In this document: in pieces, positions 58,208 to 64,000 of the stretch
Position numbering within the stretch: the stretch's first letter is position 1
Layout of the letters: each line of letters starts with the position of its first letter
Origin: Lachnospiraceae bacterium
GTDB lineage: Bacteria > Bacteroidota > Bacteroidia > Bacteroidales > Bacteroidaceae
Direction: 5' to 3'
Assembly (NCBI GenBank): GCA_963654295.1
Contig: CAVJZZ010000005.1
Location: 6,890-70,889 of the forward strand
DNA: 64,000 nucleotides
Notes under the pieces: model-generated
Database searches by the model: none
The model's input: only the letters and a program-made list of their open reading frames with translations
Told to the model about the DNA's origin: nothing
Program-made: the position numbers and the translations under genes

Positions 58208-59170
58208 TTACCGGCGTCCGCCGAAGTGTCCACCGCCACCGCCGCCAGAGAAGCCGCCACCAAACGAACCGCCACCAAACGAACCGCCACCGCCGAATGA
58301 ACTGCCACCGCCAAAGCTGTTGCTGCCTGAAAAGCCGCTACTGCGCTGACCACCGAAATTACTGCTGTTGCTGCGTCCGAAATCATTGTTGCTGTAGCTA
58401 CGGTTACTGTTGGTCGTGGAACTGCGGCGCTGACCGCCAAAGTTGCCGATGCCGCCAGTGTAGCGTTGGTTGTTACCACGTGTGCCAGTGGTGCTTCCGC
58501 GATAGCCGCCGAAATTGCCGTTGGTCATTCTGCCTGTGGAGAAACTTCCCGGACCGTGGTTGCGGGTGCCCGTCACGCCATTGTAAGCATAGCGCGGACC
58601 GCCTCCGCCATATGCAGGACCACCCCACCAACCATAATGGTGATAATAAGGATAACCCCAGCCATACCAACTGCTGTAATACCAAGGATCATACCAGCCG
58701 TCGAACCACGGGTCGTACCAGCCAAAGCGTCCCGCCCAGTATGGTCCGCCCCAATAACCATAATAATAAGGACTGTACCAACCATAGTAATCGTCATACA
58801 TGCCCATACGGCGCGTGCATGCGTAATCGTCTTCGTCACCATAGTAGGTGCCTGAACCTGGGTATACCGCCGTAGTGTCTGACGGCACGCCATATGTACC
58901 GTCACCCGTACGAAACTCGATGATATCGTTGCCCAGCGAATCCGTACCTATCTTCTGGTAGTAACTCTTCAGTTTACCGCGGCGATTATACTCGTCCACG
59001 TCACGGTCGCTGCCACTATAATATGTGGGAGGTTCCACTCTCGACCTCATTTCGGCGGGGATTTCAATGTCAGCCCCTTTCTTGGGAGTGAAGTAAAGGT
59101 CGTCGTCCTGTGCAGCAGCCGTCAGTGGCAGAGTGCCGACGAGGACAGAAAGCAGGAAAAATCTTTTCAT
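58208..59170 (-). CDS. Secreted Tyr/Trp/Gly-rich low-complexity protein
   Basis: Signal peptide, DDLYFTP, DVDEYNRR, aromatic-Gly central block, GGGSFGG tail. Confidence 0.8.
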   Translation of the reverse strand: MKRFFLLSVLVGTLPLTAAAQDDDLYFTPKKGADIEIPAEMRSRVEPPTYYSGSDRDVDEYNRRGKLKSYYQKIGTDSLGNDIIEFRTGDGTYGVPSDTTAVYPGSGTYYGDEDDYACTRRMGMYDDYYGWYSPYYYGYWGGPYWAGRFGWYDPWFDGWYDPWYYSSWYGWGYPYYHHYGWWGGPAYGGGGPRYAYNGVTGTRNHGPGSFSTGRMTNGNFGGYRGSTTGTRGNNQRYTGGIGNFGGQRRSSTTNSNRSYSNNDFGRSNSSNFGGQRSSGFSGSNSFGGGSSFGGGGSFGGGSFGGGFSGGGGGGHFGGRR

Positions 59171-59334
59171 TGCATTATCCTTTCTTTGTTGTTTTATCCG
59201 TTGATGATGCTCCGCAATTTCTTGTTAGCATGCGCAAAATTAAGCCTTAAAGCATTGCAAATGTAAGGAAAAACCCTAAACGATGGTAGGTTTTTCCCTA
59301 TTTTTTATAAATTTGCACCCAAATTTAACAAAGG

Positions 59335-60204
59335 ATGAAATATTATATCGTTGATTTTAGGATAATGACTCCAGAGGGAATAGACCTGCAAATCGGACGC
59401 GACCTGCTCGCCAACGCAGCGGCAGAAGCCGGTTTCGAGTCGTTTGAAGATACACCCAAAGGATTGACAGGCTATGTGCAAACCGCTCTTTTCGACAAGG
59501 ATGCGCTCGACGAGAGCATCAAATGTTTCCCCCTTGAGGGCACTCATATAGAATATAAGGTGGAGGAAGCTGAAGACAAAGACTGGAACGAGGAATGGGA
59601 ACAGGAGGGCTTCGACCCAATCATCGTGGGCGACCGCTGCATCATCTATGACGCCAAGAACTCTGAAGCACCACAACTTTCACGTCCCGATGAACTGTGC
59701 GTGGGTATCGAAGCCAAGCTCGCCTTCGGCACGGGCACACACGAGACCACGAGGATGATCGTGTCGATGCTGCTCGAAATGAATCTGGAAGAGAAAAGCG
59801 TGCTCGACTGCGGATGCGGAACAGGCATTCTCGGCATCGTAGCCGCCAAGTGCGGTGCCAAGCACGTCACGGCATACGACATAGACGATTGGAGCGTGAA
59901 CAACACGCGCCACAATGCCCAACTGAACGGCGTAGAGATCGACGTACTGGAAGGCGACTCCAGCGTACTCTCGCATGTGAGCGGTCTGTTCGACGTAGTA
60001 CTCGCCAACATCAACCGCGGCATCCTGCTCAACGACATGCCCCACTTTATCGACATGACGCACAAAGGAGCGACACTTATCGTGAGCGGCTTCTACTCGG
60101 CAGACGCGCCTATGCTCATTGAAAGGGCACACGAACTCGGACTGAAGGAAACGCTTCGCAAGACCAACGGCGACTGGTGTTGTCTGAAGTTCACACACGA
60201 ATAA
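59335..60204 (+). CDS. prmA: Ribosomal protein L11 methyltransferase
   Basis: DWNEEW, AFGTGTHETT, LDCGCGTGIL, LANINR. Confidence 0.95.
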   Translation: MKYYIVDFRIMTPEGIDLQIGRDLLANAAAEAGFESFEDTPKGLTGYVQTALFDKDALDESIKCFPLEGTHIEYKVEEAEDKDWNEEWEQEGFDPIIVGDRCIIYDAKNSEAPQLSRPDELCVGIEAKLAFGTGTHETTRMIVSMLLEMNLEEKSVLDCGCGTGILGIVAAKCGAKHVTAYDIDDWSVNNTRHNAQLNGVEIDVLEGDSSVLSHVSGLFDVVLANINRGILLNDMPHFIDMTHKGATLIVSGFYSADAPMLIERAHELGLKETLRKTNGDWCCLKFTHE

Positions 60205-60303
60205 TCCTCTACTTTTTGCAAAGTGAAGGTTACAAACAAGTAGCTAAAAGACTTTAAAACGCAAAAATCGTTAAATCTTTTCACGATTTACGGCGAAAAG
60301 ACT

Positions 60304-60311
60304 TACCTTTG
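60304..60311 (+). promoter_or_regulatory. -7 promoter element for pgk
   Basis: TACCTTTG 45 nt before the ATG. Confidence 0.65.
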
Positions 60312-60356
60312 CATAGCAATAAGACGAATAAAACATTCTAATTAATATTAGCAATT

Positions 60357-61604
60357 ATGAAAATTGATCAATTCAACTTCGCCGGCAAAAAGGCAATTGT
60401 TCGTGTAGACTTCAATGTTCCATTGGATGAAAACGGTAACGTAACAGACGATACCCGTATCAAAGGTGCTCTTCCCACACTGAAGAAAATCCTCTCAGAC
60501 GGAGGCGCTGTCATCATGATGAGCCACATGGGTAAGCCAAAAGGTAAGGTTAACCCCAAGTTTTCGCTGAGCCAAATCGTAAAGAACGTGTCTGAAAGCC
60601 TTGGCGTAGAGGTGAAGTTCGCTCCCGATTGCGCCAATGCAGACAAGGATGCAGCTGCTCTGAAGCCAGGCGAAGCCCTGCTGCTTGAGAACCTCCGCTT
60701 CTATGCAGAAGAAGAAGGCAAGCCAGTCGGCATCGACAAGGAAGATCCAGCATATGCTGCTGCCAAGGATGAAATGAAAGGCAAGCAGAAAGAATTCGCA
60801 AAGAAGCTCGCTTCATACGCAGACTGCTACGTGATGGACGCTTTCGGCACCGCACACCGCAAGCACGCATCCACCGCTGTCATCGACCAGTATTTCGACA
60901 AAGACCACCGCATGCTCGGCTACCTGATGGAAAAGGAAGTACACGCCGTAGACGCAGTGCTCAGCAACATCAAGCGCCCCTTCACAGCCATCATGGGCGG
61001 CTCTAAGGTGTCAACAAAGATCGGTATCATCGAGAACCTGCTCGGCAAGGTGGACAACCTCATCCTCTGTGGCGGCATGACCTACACCTTCGCCAAGGCA
61101 CAAGGCGGCAAGATTGGCAAGAGCATCTGTGAGGACGACAAATTAGATGTGGCTCTCGACGTGATGAAGAAAGCCAAGGAAAATGGTGTAAACCTCGTGC
61201 TTGGTACAGACTGCATCGCAGGAGACGACTTCAAGAACGACTGCAACACCAAGGTGTGCAACGTAATGGAGATTCCTGACGAACTCGAAGGCATGGATGC
61301 CGGACCTGAAACACGCAAAGCTTTTGCTGCTGCGATTGAGGGTGCAAAGACAATTCTGTGGAACGGTCCTGCCGGCGTATTCGAGTTCGACAACTTTGCA
61401 GGCGGTTCCAAGGCTGTGGCCGAGGCCATCGTCAAGGCAACAGAAGACGGTGCTTTCTCGCTCATCGGCGGTGGCGACTCTGTAGCATGTATCAACAAGT
61501 TCGGTATGGCAGACAAGGTATCCTACATCTCTACAGGTGGCGGTGCACTGCTCGAAGCCATCGAAGGCAAAGTGCTCCCCGGCATTGCTGCCATGGAAGA
61601 ATAA
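60357..61604 (+). CDS. pgk: Phosphoglycerate kinase
   Basis: [37 protein letters not shown]. Confidence 0.98.
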   Translation: MKIDQFNFAGKKAIVRVDFNVPLDENGNVTDDTRIKGALPTLKKILSDGGAVIMMSHMGKPKGKVNPKFSLSQIVKNVSESLGVEVKFAPDCANADKDAAALKPGEALLLENLRFYAEEEGKPVGIDKEDPAYAAAKDEMKGKQKEFAKKLASYADCYVMDAFGTAHRKHASTAVIDQYFDKDHRMLGYLMEKEVHAVDAVLSNIKRPFTAIMGGSKVSTKIGIIENLLGKVDNLILCGGMTYTFAKAQGGKIGKSICEDDKLDVALDVMKKAKENGVNLVLGTDCIAGDDFKNDCNTKVCNVMEIPDELEGMDAGPETRKAFAAAIEGAKTILWNGPAGVFEFDNFAGGSKAVAEAIVKATEDGAFSLIGGGDSVACINKFGMADKVSYISTGGGALLEAIEGKVLPGIAAMEE

Positions 61605-61640
61605 AGCTGAAAGCAATTAGAATTGCTTAACAGAGAATAT

Positions 61641-61686
61641 AGGTGAAGTTCTGAAGACGGAAACTTTCGTCCGGAGAACTTCACCT
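61641..61686 (+). terminator. Hairpin after pgk
   Basis: AGGTGAAGTTCT...AGAACTTCACCT with inner GACG/CGTC. Confidence 0.6.
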
Positions 61687-61752
61687 TCGTTCGTTAAGCA
61701 CTGCATAACCACCTTATATAAACTATAAACCAACAACAAGACATCATTTAGT

Positions 61753-63444
61753 ATGGACTGGCTTATCAATTTGTTTACCAATACCGAATCCGTAGCCCAT
61801 ATCTCCATCCTTTTCGCAGTGGTCATCGCTGTGGGCGTGTTCCTCGGAAAACTAAAGATTGGCGGCATCTCACTGGGGGTTTCATTTGTGCTCTTTGCCG
61901 GCATCATAGCCGGGCACATCGGTTTCACCGCCCCTACCAACATTCTCAATTTCCTGCAAGACTTCGGATTGATACTCTTCATCTTCTGCATCGGTATGCA
62001 GGTAGGTCCCGGTTTCTTCGAAAGTTTTAAGAAAGGAGGCATCCTGCTCAACGGTTTGTCCGCATTGATCATCCTGCTCAACATCCTGGTCATGTTCGGT
62101 TGCTATTACATCTTCTTCGATACGAGCGACCCAGACAACCTGCCCATGATGGTCGGTACGCTCTATGGTGCCGTAACCAACACACCTGGACTCGGTGCAG
62201 CCAGTGAATCGCTTACCTCCGTGTTCAAAGACCACGTGCCACAGATTGCCTCGGGTTACGCATGTGCCTATCCACTTGGTGTGTTGGGCATCATCGGTGC
62301 AACCATTGCCATCAAGTACATCTGTCGGATCGACATGAAAGCAGACGACCAGAAACTGGAAGAGGCAGAAGGAGAAAATCCCCATGCCAAGCCGCACCAA
62401 CTACACTTGAAAGTGGCAAATGCCTACATCGCCGGACGCACACTGAAACAAATATCAGAATTTCTCAACCGCGACGTGGTTTGTACGCGCTTGCGCCACA
62501 AGGGTGAAGTAGTCATCCCTACCCGTACCACCACCTTCCAGATGGACGACGAACTGCTCGTCATCTGTACGGAGGCTGACGTAGAAGCCGTCAAGGCTTT
62601 TATCGGACCGGAAATCGATGTGGAATGGAATGAAGACGACCAGAAGAAACCAATGGTTTCCAAGCGTATCACCGTGACCAGCTCCGATATGAACGGAAAG
62701 ATATTGGGCAGCATGCACTTCTCTTCCGTCTACGGCGTGAACGTGACGCGTATCACCCGCCAAGGCATGAACCTCTTCGCAAGCCGCAACCACCGCTTTC
62801 AGATAGGCGACCGCATCATGGTAGTCGGTCCGGAGGACAACGTCAACCGCGTGGCGGAACTGATGGGTAACTCCGAACGCCGCCTCAACGCCCCCAACCT
62901 GTTCACCATCTTTGTGGGCATCATCGTGGGTATCATCTTCGGTAGCATCCCCGTAGCCATTCCCGGCATGCCCGTGCCCCTGAAGTTGGGTATTGCCGGA
63001 GGACCGCTCATCATCGCCATCCTCATCGGACGCTACGGCGACCGACTGAAACTGGTCACCTTCACGACAACGTCCGCCAACATGATGCTGCGCGAGATTG
63101 GTCTCGTGCTCTTCCTCGCCAGCGTGGGTATCAAGGCAGGTGCCAACTTCTGGGATACCGTGGTGCAGGGTGACGGACTGAAGTATGTCTACACCGGTTT
63201 CCTCATCACCATCATCCCTATCCTCATCGTTGGCGTAATCGGCCGACTGCGCTTCCATATCAACTACTACACGCTGATGGGTATGATTGCCGGTACATGC
63301 ACCGACCCGCCAGCTTTGGCATACGCCAACACAGTGTCTTCACGCGAGGCTCCCGCTATCGGCTATTCCACGGTCTACCCGTTGAGTATGTTCCTCCGCA
63401 TCTTTACCGCACAAATCATCGTGCTTTTCTTCTGCGGAGCATAA
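61753..63444 (+). CDS. YidE/YbjL (AspT family) transporter with TrkA-C domains
   Basis: Duplicated membrane halves (GAVTNTPGLG; GTCTDPPAL) around two soluble domains. Confidence 0.9.
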   Translation: MDWLINLFTNTESVAHISILFAVVIAVGVFLGKLKIGGISLGVSFVLFAGIIAGHIGFTAPTNILNFLQDFGLILFIFCIGMQVGPGFFESFKKGGILLNGLSALIILLNILVMFGCYYIFFDTSDPDNLPMMVGTLYGAVTNTPGLGAASESLTSVFKDHVPQIASGYACAYPLGVLGIIGATIAIKYICRIDMKADDQKLEEAEGENPHAKPHQLHLKVANAYIAGRTLKQISEFLNRDVVCTRLRHKGEVVIPTRTTTFQMDDELLVICTEADVEAVKAFIGPEIDVEWNEDDQKKPMVSKRITVTSSDMNGKILGSMHFSSVYGVNVTRITRQGMNLFASRNHRFQIGDRIMVVGPEDNVNRVAELMGNSERRLNAPNLFTIFVGIIVGIIFGSIPVAIPGMPVPLKLGIAGGPLIIAILIGRYGDRLKLVTFTTTSANMMLREIGLVLFLASVGIKAGANFWDTVVQGDGLKYVYTGFLITIIPILIVGVIGRLRFHINYYTLMGMIAGTCTDPPALAYANTVSSREAPAIGYSTVYPLSMFLRIFTAQIIVLFFCGA

Positions 63445-63446
63445 AC

Positions 63447-63493
63447 GACAAAAACTCCCGACATCACACAAACGGATGCCGGGAGTTTTTGTC
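63447..63493. terminator. Bidirectional terminator between convergent genes
   Basis: GACAAAAACTCCCG/CGGGAGTTTTTGTC. Confidence 0.8.
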
Positions 63494-63506
63494 TCTTCTC
63501 ACTTCT

Positions 63507-64000
63507 TTATTGTTTCTCGAAAATCTTGTCCTTGTCGGTAATCTGCGTGGGCGTACCTGCCTTTCCGCCGATATGGCACTCCGTGAAGCTCACATCAGGA
63601 GCGTCATCAATACTCATGCCGATCTTCGCCTCGCCCACTTCAACACGACTGAATGTGACATTGCGGATCGGTTTGGCTTTGGTGCCCTGCAATACAATGG
63701 CTGCAGCAGATGCCTGCTGGCACGATAGTCCGTCGACATGAATGTCACTAATATCTGTAAAGTGAGTGTTACCCTGCCCTTCCCCGGCATACATACTGGT
63801 GATGTAGAAAAGGTCTTCCACATTACCAAACTTGCAGTTGTTCACAAACACGTTATGTATGAAACCACCGCGGTCAGGGTTAGTCTTCATATAGATGCCG
63901 CGCTTACAGTACCCCGCATAATCGCAGTCCTCCACAAAGACATTGCGCACACCCGACGACATCTCACTACCTAACACCACGGCGTGCAATCCCTTGAAGT
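63507..64000 (-). CDS. Glycoside hydrolase family 28, C-terminal part (5'-truncated by the window edge)
   Basis: GLHAVVLGSEMSSGVRNV, GIYMKT..DRGG; beta-helix pattern. Confidence 0.85.
   Translation of the reverse strand, partial: FKGLHAVVLGSEMSSGVRNVFVEDCDYAGYCKRGIYMKTNPDRGGFIHNVFVNNCKFGNVEDLFYITSMYAGEGQGNTHFTDISDIHVDGLSCQQASAAAIVLQGTKAKPIRNVTFSRVEVGEAKIGMSIDDAPDVSFTECHIGGKAGTPTQITDKDKIFEKQ

Overview
Core chromosomal segment of a Bacteroidetes genome, most likely Prevotella-like, judged from protein content and the TAnnTTTG -7 promoter elements before many genes. It holds mostly housekeeping genes (yidC, fabD, rpsF-rpsR-rplI, a four-subunit 2-oxoacid:ferredoxin oxidoreductase, folD, ffh, dnaB, ispE, pgm, rlmH, ttcA, nadC, lspA, ileS, rpoZ, bamD, prmA, pgk), plus RNase P RNA and tRNA-Arg(ACG). 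I see no transposase, integrase, prophage or CRISPR array. Five things stand out. (1) A five-gene unit at 34.1-42.5 kb encodes an outer-membrane barrel, an imelysin lipoprotein, two tandem di-heme c-type lipoproteins and a linked CcsBA cytochrome c synthase, a candidate surface redox-coupled metal uptake system. (2) Twelve GTAG-type REP-like hairpins in three sequence classes form BIME-like mosaics at five intergenic loci. (3) A 100-bp palindromic array of 21-bp units sits inside a decayed 218-bp inverted repeat between dnaB and ispE. (4) A GH13 amylase is fused in frame to an AlaX-like editing domain. (5) A short RpoD-like sigma factor lacks the WW melting dyad. Product calls come from recognising motifs by eye, not from database searches.
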